From NCBI GenBank assembly GCA_964035545.1, contig OZ037768.1, positions 13,835,675 to 13,899,674 on the forward strand: a DNA stretch of 64,000 nt. Direction: 5' to 3'. A program made the position numbers and the translations under genes. Under the pieces are notes generated by a model. The model saw only the letters and a program-made list of their open reading frames with translations, did no database searches and was not told the origin of the DNA. Source of the stretch: Bugula neritina (lineage: Eukaryota > Animalia > Bryozoa). The first letter of the stretch is position 1; each line of letters begins with the position of its first letter. Of the stretch, positions 26,101 to 39,100 are shown piece after piece.

Positions 26101-29100
26101 GCTCCTTAACTGGCTACTTTTAGCAACCACTGTCGCTATTTGTTATCCACAAGATTTATAACAGAGTTTGATTTCAGTGCCAGGTGAATGTAAATGTATT
26201 GATTAAAAAGTCTGGTGAAAGGCAACAGATGAATAGATGAATGCTAACTTAGAAATTCACAAATGCTTCACGTAACTCTTAAGTTGAGACTTGTATCCAG
26301 ACCACACCACTCTCTTGTAGTTAATCTATTAAATAGAAGTACTCAAGCCATTTCACTATACCTGTAGTAGCTAGGTAGCACTATGTGTGTACCAGAACTG
26401 GGTTGACATATAGGTTTAATAGATGAATCCGCCATTTGTCTGATGTTATCTGTGTAAGCACCAGAGGCATTTATTACACACTTGGCCTTGATTTCATATT
26501 CTTCATCTACAATAATCACATGATGTAGTTGTATTTTAAAAAACTAGTTATTTTTATTTGGTATATTGGTATTAAATAAACAGGAAGGAAATGTATAAGT
26601 ATAAACATAAATTCAAACTAAATTATAGTTTTTGCCCTGGCGTTCAGGTTTATCCAAATTATAAAAACAAACACAAGGAGAATAAGGAATAAGTGAAGCA
26701 CCCAATCTAATTTCACGGCCACAATGATAATATGCAGTGAAGAAAGCCAGAATCACTAGATATCTAAAACTAGATACAATACTTTAACAGCTCACAATAT
26801 TGAACCTACTGCTGACTTTATCACGGACTCTTGCACCACACAGAACCTGGTTACCATCTTCTTCTCTATGTATTAGATCTATAACCTCTGTGTAGTTCAG
26901 CGCATGAGCACCAAGTCTAACTGCTGTCATAATCAGAGACAAGCACATTCTGGAATCCTCTTGCTGACCTATTCAATAAGAAATTCATAGAACTGTAGTA
27001 GACTACCTAAATCACACAACTGTATCTCTAGTTTAATGACAAATAGCAATCAAATAGATTATTTTGATGTTGCTTACATACTATTTATCAGTAAAGAAAT
27101 GGAGTAAAAGTTCACAAATACAAAATTGATTAAATTTTTTGTTGTGAATAAAACTGAAGAATAATTACAATTTATACTATAAGTGAGGCTACTTTGAAAA
27201 TAATAAATTTCAGGAACATTCCAACTAGGCTAACTTAAATTTCCATCAATTATAGTGATAAAAATTGTTCTACAAATAAAATGGCCACAACCTGATTTTC
27301 TGTATTTAGAGTGTAAGAGATTGAATAACTAGCTGCATGTTCATTTCTATGTCACCCATATAATGATGTCTATGAGAAAAATTTAAGAACAGACATAACA
27401 ACTCTATTTTAATTGTATAGGATCTTTCAGTTTGTTTATTTTACTTGCATTGTATTTTTAGCAAAAATGGTTTTATAATGCAACTAACCATCGTGATAAA
27501 CCAAAGCCGCTTTTAAATTATCGCCCTTCAACATAGGGAAGACTTCTAAAGCACGCTTTTTTGATATAATGTAACTCATCTGCAAGTTTTTAAATCCAGC
27601 AACCAAATCATACATCTTTAGACCGGCCCAGAAATATGGTACTTGCCAGTATCTACAAATACATTGAAGAGGACAAACTTGGAAGAGTTTAAATGGGAGC
27701 ATTCTATCTGGTATGTAATAAGAGTGCATTTGTGGAGGAAGTAGAGCCTTATTTCATAACATAATAAGCTGCAGATAATAAAACTAAGCACATGTAGGTT
27801 GCCACCAATTATCTCTGTGCAAAATAATGTGCTAATGTCAAGTGATAAATTAGGTCAATCCAAAACCTGATGAGACATTAATGTGTAGATATAATGTTGA
27901 ACTGCTCAACCAGGGGCCAAATATCTGAATAATTAGTGGTGACAATCTAAATATATAATATGTGCTGTGAAGTTGTCCTTGTGGTCAAAAGTGGACCACA
28001 TTGCTGGTTTAATAACCTAGTGATATGAGAGTGCAGCTGTAACTAAAGGTATTATAGTTCTATGCTGCTGACCAAAGTGTGGTGCAATGGTTAGTAAACC
28101 TTTGGAGTTTAGTTCATCATTTAACAATAATCACTTGCAGCATATATAAGCATAATCATAGTATTGCTGTATATATTCAACACCTATCACGAGGGCACTG
28201 CCTGAAATAAGCCATGCCATTCATTAATGGCTATACAATCTATCAGCTTTGTAAAGTCTGCTTTCAAAAAATATGGTTAAAACCAATGTTTACTATAACT
28301 TTCATAAAGCATTATGCATAGCATGGAAACATAATTTATTATGCTATTCAATTTTCAGGAGCTACCAAAAGTTTTTGGTTGAATAGTATATGTTCCTGAA
28401 GAAATAAAAGCACTTTCTCCACAACACAGTAACAAGCTTTTTCCTCGTAAAATGTATATGTTTTATATCACTCATAACACTAATATAGAACTGATTATAT
28501 TTTAATTAATGAATTAACGTTGATGATAAAAGTAACTATGATTAAATAGCTTTGTAAAGTAAAATATAATTTATTCGACTAGATTATAGAATCTAGAGTT
28601 ATGTATAATACCAGAGCCATACTTGTAGATTGGTAGCATAATGGGAAGTTTGTAGGCTAGATGGGGAGCAATTTCCAGGAGATTAGCTCTTTCTGACAAA
28701 GCTTCCTTAACCATCTTGTACTAAAATAGCATAACAAATAAGATTGAAGATTAGCAAAAATAGTAAACAAATAATATATGAAAAGAGTCATTGCCAGAAC
28801 ATATATTCCAGATATTAAGAATGCTGCTAGTGAAGCATCACCTGTGCATAATCTAAGTTGAACACAGCTTTCTGGAGATACCGGACTCCACCGTGAATCA
28901 ACTTGGTGCTTTTGCTGCTAGTACCAGAGGAGAAATCAAACTTCTCTACAACTGCAACTGACAGACCTGCAAAAGCATAAAAAAACAAGAAATTAGTGTG
29001 CAGCTCATGTTTCACCAAGTCCTCCAAGGCTTTCAAAGTCTACAAATTAAATCAACGTTTTAAGCAAATGAACTTCGAAGATGTGGAAGATACCTTCAAA

Positions 29101-29922
29101 ATTACCCTTTTACTGCACACAAGTCCTCAGACTAGAATTCAGATGTTTAAAGATAATATTTATTAGCATATCAAAGCAGATGAACAATTTTAGCCAAGAG
29201 AGATTAATTTCAACTATTTTAAAAACATGTCACTTACCTCTAGACACGGCATCCAGAGTACAACCAGCACCAGTAGCACCGCCTCCTATTATCAGCATGT
29301 CTAACTCCTTGGATTTCACTGAGTTCACATGATGCTCTCGTGGAGGCAAGGTGTCAGCAAGCTGACTATTAATACTTCCAACTTCGCACTAATTGATAAT
29401 AACATAACACACTATGGCCATTGAACTCACAATATATCCTAACATAAGAAACAATGCCATTCTCAAAGACTCAAGTGATTGCTACATAACCGTAAGCCTT
29501 CAGCAGTTGTTAGATAAAAATAATTCACATTAGTAATTAAAGTTAGAGTCATTAGCAGTTGACAAAAACTGAAAACTGATGGAAATATATTTCTTGATAC
29601 TCATCAACTCAATTAATTAACTTGAAATATAATAATGACACATACTTTATCATAAAATATACTAGCATTAGTGTCATGTAAAATACTCGCTAGGTGTGTG
29701 TTGTCAACAACATATAATTAAGAAATGCCTTTACATATGACCACTTGATTTGTAAATAAAAGATATTTATATCTTTTACATGTATTAAGGTCCTTCACAG
29801 ACTACCTTTACTAGTTTTGGTCCCCTTGTTTCATTCTCATAATGGTATGCCAAGTACGTAGCTCCACTTATAGCAGAAGATGCCAATATCAATTGTCTAT
29901 GTCTAAATGCAAATCGCCACAT
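20193..29922 (-). CDS. GPD2: Mitochondrial FAD-dependent glycerol-3-phosphate dehydrogenase with two C-terminal EF-hands, 15 coding exons
   Basis: Presequence-like [13 protein letters not shown] motif [20 protein letters not shown]. Also [58 protein letters not shown]-hands [12 protein letters not shown] and [12 protein letters not shown], and C-terminal RSGGGL-stop. Confidence 0.96.
21069..21260 (+). mobile_element. tRNA-derived SINE, copy 1 (in a GPD2 intron)
   Basis: A-box-like TAGTGGTCTAGGGGTTAGAGC, B-box-like GGGTTCCAGC, core GGTGATGTTAAGAAGGGCATTTG..AATTGCTCCTGTGC. Homologous to 57948-58132. Confidence 0.7.
25210..25984. repeat. 17-bp minisatellite (TGAGTGTATGTAGGTAC), about 46 copies, in a GPD2 intron
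   Basis: Directly visible tandem array with A/G variants and a few 15-bp deletion units. It explains the 17-aa-periodic ORF 25192-26016. Confidence 0.95.
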
Positions 29923-30678
29923 CACCACTTACTGCAAAAAATTATGAGAGCTAATAACTCACTTTAGTATTGCCAACAACTAACAAAAACCGGTAAAAAT
30001 ACTTTTAACTTTTTTCAAAAGAAAATTATTTTATAAAATTTATTGAAATTACAATAGAAATCATTTACCAACAATTTATAGCATATACATATTTTTATAG
30101 CAGTTTGGGCTTTACATAAAACCAAACTCTGAAATATTTACGAAACTGTTCTTGATAACTAAGTTAAAAAGTTAACACAAACTTCAAACAGAAATTGAGT
30201 ATTTAAGACATGTGAGAAGGGTTTATCGCACAATAATGAAAAATTAACCTTTTATCTAAATCTAAGGGCTAAAAATATACACAATGTTATATTTACATGA
30301 TAAGGTTTAGAAAAGGTTTAGAAGAGAAACTAAGTTTCTAGCTTTACTCAATATTAACATTAACAATATTACTGATTATCAAAATATTAATGGTAATTTT
30401 CATAATGATAATGTAGTGATGAATAATGGTATTGATAATATTTTAATTTTATTAATAATTTAATCATCATTAAGATATTGATAATCAATATATTTATTGA
30501 TTATCATTAGCGAGTAATTTTATTTCTATTAATAATACTATTAGTATTACATTTACTTTTAGTTTAAAAATTAATATTATTAAAACATGAATATTATAAT
30601 TATAAAATTAATATTAAGTTTAACACTAACTTTTACTCTAAGTTTAGCTATTACTATTAGAGTTGTGTAAGTAGTAAA

Positions 30679-31247
30679 TGTGACAGCACGGATGCTGAGT
30701 GACACAGATGCCTATGTGTTGTGATAACACAGATGCTGAATGCTGGATGCACAGATGCAGGATATAACTCAACCTTTTGCCTAATGCCAAATCTATATTT
30801 CTTACAATACTTTAACAATTCTTTGGGCAATACAGTCTAAGTTGTCCGTATCTTTTAGCAAAAGAAAAAATTCTTGAGCTGTACTGATTCATCAAACAAA
30901 AGCTATGAGTAAAAGCTATTGCAAAAGCTTTCACAAAAAAGCTTTCAACAAACAATATGTGACCCAGGCAGTCAGAAAAGCACTTTGTGACAAAATTCAC
31001 ATTTTCAGTTAATGCTTGATTCTTATTTGCCTTTTTATACTGATTGATTTGCACTTTAAATTTTTGAAATCGGACCACTATTATAATAGTAGTCCGATTT
31101 CAAAAATTTAAACTGCAAATCAATCAGTATAAAGACGCAAATAAGAATCAAGCATTAACTGAAAATGTGAATTTTGTCACAAAGTGCTTTTCTGACTGCC
31201 TGGGTCACATATTTTACTTAAAGCTAGAACAAAAAGCTCTTGTAACA
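30679..31247 (-). repeat. 3' LTR of the BEL/Pao element (interrupted by a palindromic insert)
   Basis: Aligns by eye with 34169-34450 apart from the 30954-31213 insert. Confidence 0.85.
30954..31213. mobile_element. Loop-less 260-bp palindrome, probably a fold-back MITE (GTGACCC..GGGTCAC, ATAT flanks)
   Basis: 130-bp arms with about 4 mismatched pairs, centred on TTA|TAA (31083/31084). ATAT at 30955-30958 and 31209-31212. Absent from the other LTR. Confidence 0.85.
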
Positions 31248-34168
31248 CCAGAAGGGCACAGTTGATAAAATTAGATTTCTAATTTAATCAAAAATAACAA
31301 TAGAATTTAACAAAAAATTAACAGTAACCAAAAAACATAACAATACAGTAACCAAAAAGCTATGACTTATTGAACATATTGCAAACCTCACTGTTACATT
31401 TCGTGTAGTATGTCTATTAATGGTCTGGCACCGACACCAGCCTAAACGCGCACCTAATCGACCTGGACAAGCAATGCAAGGTTTTGCATTGCACGAATAA
31501 TCATAGCCTCTTTGTACCCTGTAAAATCCCTCACCGTTGAGCCAATTTGAAATGTTTTGTATTGCACTGCAACTTTTCTGACTCTACCATCAATTCCCGG
31601 AAATGTTTGGCAAACTTTTGCAATGTAATATTGCCCATGCAGAGCATTCCTGTCTGCCACTACCACCACATTTCCGGCTTTCAGATCTCTTGAGCTTTCT
31701 AAATGCTCTTTGTTCTGTTTTACCATAGTAGGGGCCTGCATCATTGAGATAAATAACTGCTTTCACCTTTCTCTCTGATCACTGGGCGTCACTATGATCT
31801 TTTTCAACTTCCGTGCCCATAACTTTGGCTTGCAATAACTTTACTAAGGTTTCTAAGCAATGTTGTAACTCTGTTGGAGTTACAGGTTTCAAACTGCTTG
31901 GGACTCCTTTCTGGCAGAACGATCGAACCCTACTTTTTAGCCATGCTACTCTCTTTGCGGAGCTGAATCGCTCCCATTCAATAACACTGGGAACTGCATG
32001 GACCGTATTAGTGGTAGCACATACATTTTCAGAAGCAATAACCTTTTTGGGATTGTGCCTTTGTATTTCCCATAGCTCTATAGGCAACTTTAAAAACCTT
32101 TGTCCTTGCCACCATTTTGTCATCGGTCTAATCTCTTCAGGGCTCTTTGCTCTAGTAACCCAATCCGCTATATTGCTATTGCTCTTAATCCACCACCACT
32201 CACTCATATTACCTCTCGTAGCATTCTGAATCTCTTCTACTATAGTCTCGTCAAAATGCCTTGCAGTACTTGCTTGAGATTTATCAAACACTAAATTTGT
32301 GAAAAATATTTGTTGGCGTGGATCTTGAGGAGTGACTACTTTCAACTTTACTTTTGGTTCTTTTGGAAACCTTATGTACTTTCAAAAGGAGTTGAAAACT
32401 TCAGCAGTATTTTCTTTATACTTTAATGGTTTGTTGGACTCGTCTATTTTTACTGTAGAAGGAATAAGGGATTGGTTGTTGTCATGAGATTGGAGGTTAT
32501 GCCTATTTGCTGAGCTATCTAAAGACTGCAACAGCGTCACCTTGGCCTTCTACATGTTTCACTTGTAAAAGACCTAATTGAGATACAGATGGTTGGCTGA
32601 AGCTTGTACCAAGCACTGAGTGGCTGACACCGCCACTGTCACCAGGCCCACTCACACTGTGACTTTGTAGATAGTGTGCAGGCAGTATTTCTTGCAATAC
32701 TTCTAAGTTCTTATGAGCTTCAACATTGCCTTGTACTTGAAGTTTACGATCTTCATGAAAAACCCATTTGCTGCCTTCAATATTGACAGCGGTTGACTCA
32801 TCTACATTGTGGACTTATGCTCTGTGGTTCTCACCCAATACTGGTTTTGATCTGCTCAACTCCTCATATACATTTTGCACACGCAAACTCACGTCACTGT
32901 ACTTTCTTTCCAGCTTATGCCACTGTCGCTCATAAGCATTAGGCTGGTGTGAATATATAGATTTTATGCACTCAAATGCTGCACCACTAAGACTGCTTCT
33001 AAGTGCTGCCGCATATTGCCTCCAGGATGTGCGAAACTTGGACCATTCTTGACCTATGCTACTAAATGTTGGTATGGGGCGCTTTTTATATTTAGAATTG
33101 CAAGCATGTTCACGATTAACAGGCTCATTGCTGCATATGCTAAAACTAGAGAGAATATTTTGCTGCAAAAATCTTTAGATGGAATTGCATGACGTGGAGA
33201 ATGGAATTTGTTTGAACTATTGTTTGCTAAATAGGAATAACCTACTAACTCATTACTATCTACAGAATGTTTATTCAAATTGTCACCGGTTGGTGTTTGT
33301 CCAAGTTGCAAAGCTCTATCAAAAGAACCGCTTGCTACATTACGAACAACGCCACGCCCCAGCCGATCCAGCGCTGCATGCGGGATGTCGGTGCTAGACA
33401 AAACAGCTGAACTACTACTTCAACTAACTCGTAAACGTAAATTGTTAACTTGAGTTTGAGATAGGGTTTGCATCTCCAATATTACATTCCTTAGATCTAC
33501 ATAAAATGTCCTAGCTATATTAAAATACTTCCTAGATAACTCCTTACATAAAAGAATATGTTCCTTTAAAATTTCACAATTACTTGACTCATGTAGCATT
33601 CGCTTAGCAGACATGCATTCAAACTCAATGTCATACTCTACTGACTATAACTTTAACTCTATTAAAAGCAGTAACAGCTTTATCATAGTTTTGTCTCACT
33701 ACATCATAATAAGCATTCAAATTTAAAGAGGAGACAACTCTATACTCTGCATATTTATCATCTGCCTTAAATAGTTTGCAATAACTAGGGTGAATGTCAT
33801 TAAACTCTGTGTAAGTTTCATTTGACTGTTTATATAACAGCTGAACAGTTCTGAGTCATTGGAGTTGGAAATACTTAGCTGTTTGCTTAATGAAGTTAGT
33901 CTGGTCTAAGGTCTTCAACTTCGATCTTTGCAACTTCAGTAAGATAATTTCCTTTTTGTCATCCATGTTGAGTTGGTAGACTATTGTTCCGTGACGTTAC
34001 TTGCCTGCACATCTATCTTTAGCCACTTCATAACTTAGTCCTCTGCATGTAACCACCGTATAGTTGAATGCCTTTTGTCCAAGCTCTTTTTTGGCTATAG
34101 GGTGCTGTCGTGGTTGCCACTCAACTTTCCAAATTAGTTGTTACTTTATACCTCAAAATAATTGTTAC

Positions 34169-34450
34169 TGTGACAGCACGAATACTGAGTGGCACAGATG
34201 ACTATGTGTTATGATAGCACGGATGCTGAATGCACAGATGCAGGATATAACCCAACCTTTCGCCTCACGCCAAAAATCTACATTTCTTACAATACTTTAA
34301 CAGTTATTTGGGCAATACAGTCTAAGTTGTCTGTATCTCTTAACAAAAGGAAAATTTCTTGAGCTGTACTGACTCATCAAACAAAAGCTACCAGTAAAAA
34401 GCTTTCACAAAAAAGCTTTTATCAAACAAAATGAAAAGGGTCCTGTAACA
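34169..34450 (-). repeat. 5' LTR of the BEL/Pao element (282 bp)
   Basis: TG..CA termini; direct repeat of the 30679 copy. Confidence 0.85.
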
Positions 34451-34779
34451 GAGAGTACTATTACTATTGGTAAATTAGGATTACTATTACTGTTAATAGT
34501 AATATTAATTCATAAGTTAAATTAATATTATATTAATAACTATTATTATAATTAATATATATTATTATATAGCTATAAACTAATAGTAATATTATATTAT
34601 TATAAAATGTTAAACATTTGACTTTGTGAAAAAACAAGTAATAGCCTAAACATCCACATATGACAGTGGAATAATACTAACTCTAAGTCAGCCAAATAAT
34701 AGTGAATAATTAAAAACTGATTACTGGTTATCATTATGCATTATGATTACACTTTACAGCCATTGCTGTTAGTTACTAC

Positions 34780-35320
34780 TAAACCCGCTGCACTACAGCT
34801 GGGTCATTTTCTTTGCTCAAATAGTTAAGCCCTAGATACAAAATTACGAAGCTCTCTCTGGTACTGTGGGGATATACCTATTGGAAAACCGCAAAAGGGT
34901 TCGAAGCAAGAGGAGACAATATCTATAAACTAAATTTGATCGTAAAACTAAATGGCAATTTATTCCTTGAGCATTTTATAGAATATAGAGTATATAGAGT
35001 TATCGGTCGTTACAAACATCAATTATGATGTAGTTCGAACCCAAACTCACGACCAACTATATTTACGCAACGGGCTCATACATTCGTCGCCGCCAGAAGT
35101 CCAAGCCCTCAACCCATGCTCGTTGCTAATGTCATTAATAAATGAATACAGCATGATCCGTAAGATTTACAGATTTTCGATCTGTAACTTAAGCAGTAAA
35201 TCTCAGTGTGCTGGTGGTATATTCATATTATTAATATAAATATTTAACTCTTTGGTGAGACCTAAATGTACTGACCAACTCCAAGTGCAGTGGGCTTGGC
35301 TGTGCTTACCCTTAGGCTTT
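34780..35320. promoter_or_regulatory. Candidate bidirectional promoter region for GPD2 (-) and TEX10 (+)
   Basis: Local CpG/GC enrichment between head-to-head genes. The GPD2 ATG is preceded by an acceptor (TTTTTGCAG), implying an upstream non-coding exon. Donor-like GTAAGA and GTGAGA on the + strand near 35160 and 35255. Confidence 0.45.
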
Positions 35321-35324
35321 AGCA

Positions 35325-35810
35325 ATAACTATAAGTATAAGTATAACTATTAGTATTAGTAAATGTATTAGTATCTGTATTACTATAACTATAACTATAA
35401 GTATAAGTCATAAGATTAACTTTAAGTATTACTATTACTATTAGTATTAGTATTACTATTACTATTATTATTACTATTAATATTCCTTAATACTATTATT
35501 ATTACTATTAGTATTAGTATTACTAAATGTAATACTTTACAGTCAACTAATATTGGTGGTAGTTACACTTACTCAGTACTGTCAGTGTTACTGTTAGTGT
35601 TATAATAATAATTATTATTAATATTATACTTAATAACTTAAACTTATAGTTATAGTCACTTATGTCTATTACTATTAGGCCTAGTATTAGTTATAGACTT
35701 ATACTTATAGTTATAGTTATACTACTAGTACTATTTTAGCATTTGATGTTACACTGATAATTATACTTATTAGTACTACTAACACTATGACTCAACATTA
35801 ATTAATGAAT
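35325..35810. repeat. (TAN)n / TATWAS hexamer low-complexity tract
   Basis: TATAAG/TATAAC/TATTAG/TATTAC units in the first half and their reverse complements (CTTATA/GTTATA) in the second half. Confidence 0.75.
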
Positions 35811-36159
35811 CTCTAGAAATGATGCAGCACAAGGCTGAAGGCTGGTAGTGTTAGGGTTATTGTTGGATTAACGGGATGGGAAAGTGTTACTGAAGTCTCA
35901 GTCTCTCAAGCAGAGCTGCAAGAGTCATTGACTAAATCTTTGAGAAAAAATATGATTATTCATAAAGCATTTCAGAATACCATTTTTATAGAATCTTCAA
36001 CTTGTGCCTTGCTGGAATGCAGATCTTCAGTATGAATAGTGTTTTGTGGTATTTTGAAATAACAACTAGCTGACTAGTGCTATTGATTAGGCTGACTGAC
36101 TATATTAGTATATACTGTAACGTATAATTGCTTTGTGTGTATGAAGTTTTTCAAGAAAA

Positions 36160-39100
36160 ATGCCTAAGAAGAAAACAAAAAAAGATAGAGATTTTCAGAA
36201 GGTCAAGTTTAAAGTTGGCAAAAAGCTTCCCAGAGCAGAAAATATTACCTCTACTGCTTTTAAATCGAAATCCATAATTGTGAAGGAACAGTTGAAAGAT
36301 ACATCGGTCAATAACCAAAACCAAGATGTAACAAAAAAAGTTCGAAATTCTCAGGTTAGTTTACTTTTTTTGAAATATTCAATTCATTGTCAATCCAAAT
36401 GCAGTTTTCACAAGTCTTGCGAAAATATACCACAACTTATGGGATTGCCTGTTCAAGCCTGCTTAATATTTAATCCATCTGCTAATGTATATTAGTTCAC
36501 TGAAGTTTTGCAGCACTTGGCATTAAGACTTCTAACTGGAGGAGAACTAACAACTGGGTTTTTTTTTTGATTAATAGATTCTATTTTGTTGTTGTCGGCA
36601 AATTTAATTTCCGTCATTAGTAATATTTTAATGTCTTGCAAGCGGTAGCCTACTGACATATTTTCACCATCAGATTTATGAGATTAGTTTGATTGTTAAT
36701 TTGTATTTTAAAGTTCAAAATAGTACAATCTGTTCAATGGAGTAAGTTTTGATTTAACAGCTTATTTTTTCTGTAGGAGCTACTGGCACATCTGCAACAT
36801 TATAATGCTTCTTTTCGGCTGAATTCACTGAACACGATTAAAGAAATATTTCTAAGTGAGCCCAGCAAACTGGCTCTGTACATAGGCACTGTCATAGACC
36901 GAGTTGCTTCATTAACCTCTGACAAAGAAAGGGACATTAGGTTGGTGCCAGTTGTCTTTTTATCTTACAACTCATTTTTCTGTGTCCAAAATATTTTCTT
37001 ATATATCACTTTCCTTTACAATAATTTTAACTTTTTAAGTTATATTTTTTTGGAGTACTGCATTAGTAGTGTAATGCTATTTAACTAACATTTAGAGCAG
37101 CTGTGCTGGAATGTTTACGAAGTATATTTGCTTCACTGGATACCAGAAAGATATCCGCATATCTACCTACAATCATTGCTCATTTGAAATGTGCGATGAC
37201 CCATTTGAACGAAAATGTAAAGCTTGACTCATTGAAGGTAAATATATTACTTTGCCTCAGTTTTTTCTAGCCGGTTTTGTCAGCATTTTTTAGTTTTATT
37301 TTCAGTTGCCATGTTTTTGCTCATTTTGTTGTGGCAATTAAAGTCTTAGATCCTCCGCAGTGTAGAATCTCATGCAGTTTTTAGAGTTGCTCATAGTGAA
37401 GTATCCACAAGCTCTTCATCAAGATATTTTCAAGTTGATGGAAAGCTTTCTAGACCTCATTTCAAGCAAAGCAGCCAATGGAAAGCGGTCACTGAGAGTG
37501 AGTGTCACTCTTCATTATTTTGTTATTAGGAAGTAAGATTTTTCTTCGTATGTTAATATTTTTCAATTGTTTAAACGGCTTTGCTTTTTCAACAACTGGT
37601 TTTGCTGATGGCTGTACCTGCTATAAACAACTACATTTTAATTTTCAAGTTTGTGGTTATTTTAGGGTACTAAATTATTATAGTGTACTGCTGCCCTTTG
37701 ACGACTTATTATTAGAAACACTAATTTGGGGACATAGTAATTTGAAAGTTGAGATAGGTATATGCCATTATTGTCTCAAGCTTCCTTTTTAGCCAATAAC
37801 TAATGTTTCAGGTTTCTCCTAACAGTAAGCTATCCACAGCAAAATGGAGACAGCAGGCATTTCTTCAATTAGAAGACCTCTTATCTACTCAAATTAAAAT
37901 AAATGAAGAACCTGGGGCTGGTGTTGATATGATGCACCAGATCACTAGTGAATCTGGATTGCTTCACAGAGAGATCTCTTCCAGTTTTTACCTCTCAACT
38001 TCAGGTTTAGAAGAATACTGTATCAGGTAACACTGGCTATTCCTACAATAGAGAATATAGTTGGCAACCTCTTTTCTATCCTCACTGCTGTCTAGTGTAC
38101 AGAATGTGTGAAGGGTGAAGGAGTTTTCAGGGATTGGCACTACTTGGGCACCATATTATACTTGTGCTATCCAGAAATATGTCAAAATTAGAAATATCAA
38201 TCCAGGTTTGCAATAGCATTTTTCCTTTCACACAAAATGTATTTTCTTTACTGGAGAATTACAATCCTGTGTGTGCATTGGTATCACTACTAAAAGAAAA
38301 GTTTGTAGTTTGTGTGAAAATAGTAAAATTGCCTTCTTAACAATCTGCCATGGGTTCAAAAATGCTATTTCAAGAATTATTACAATTGAAGTATATAGAT
38401 TGCCAGATTTTCTTAAACGAACGGTTTATTTTCTTTTTCCTTTCTCGTGGTAGATTTTTTCTCAAAGTTCTAGAGCTAGGCTTAGTTTTAGAAGATGTTG
38501 AGATGTTGCAAGCTGTAGATTAAGTGTGAGGCGCTGGGCCAGGGTGGTGGACCTCTCTTCATTACTCATTACCAAACTCTCTTAAATATTTATACAACAG
38601 AAAGGTGGCATTCATAAGACTATTGTCCAATTCTGTGCCCTGTTTCAAGATAATGGTATCAGTCCAACTAACATATATATCGATATAAAATTAACATTTT
38701 TTAATATTTGATTTCAGCAATTCGTTGTCAGAAGGTTTGGTACGATGCAATGTGTGTAGGTTGTCTAATTTCTAAAACCTATTAAAGACATTGTAGTGTG
38801 TATTGGTGTAATATAGACTGTACCTAACCAAACTCAATATTTTCGTTGTAAAGTTCTTAATTGATAGTGAAAGTTGGCTAAAAATTTCTAACTAAATTAA
38901 CTGTGTTTTCTCTGGGATTCTAAATTATTCTTGAAGCAGTCAACCCATACACGAGCCCATAATTGTTTAGACTTTAGATTGTGAATATAGTATTAACTTA
39001 TAGAGCTGCTTTTAATATGGTGGTCTTGTAGATTTCACAACATCAGCAGTGGAGATGATCCTGATGAACAGCAAAAGCTAATGTTTTTTATTGAAGAAAT

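Larger units (their letters stand above)
30679..34450 (-). mobile_element. Degenerate, internally deleted BEL/Pao LTR retrotransposon
   Basis: Direct repeats TGTGACAGCAC...TGTAACA at 30679-31247 and 34169-34450 (TG..CA). Internal fragments: gag DUF1759-like IPTFSSIGQEWSKFRTSW..LRSSLSGAAFECIKSI; Pao RNase H/A17-like EWWWIKSNSNIADWVTR..WWQGQRFL; C-terminal DUF5641-like LKAGNVVVVAD..PGIDGRVRKVAV..RAMQNLALL. Many stops and frameshifts; no RT or integrase core seen. Confidence 0.9.

Noticed and set aside
30812-31078. 88-aa ORF in the LTR
   Set aside because: Spans the palindrome arm and LTR; no protein motif.
31813-32229. Hydrophobic 138-aa + strand ORF (env-like?)
   Set aside because: Antisense shadow of the Pao pol fragment.
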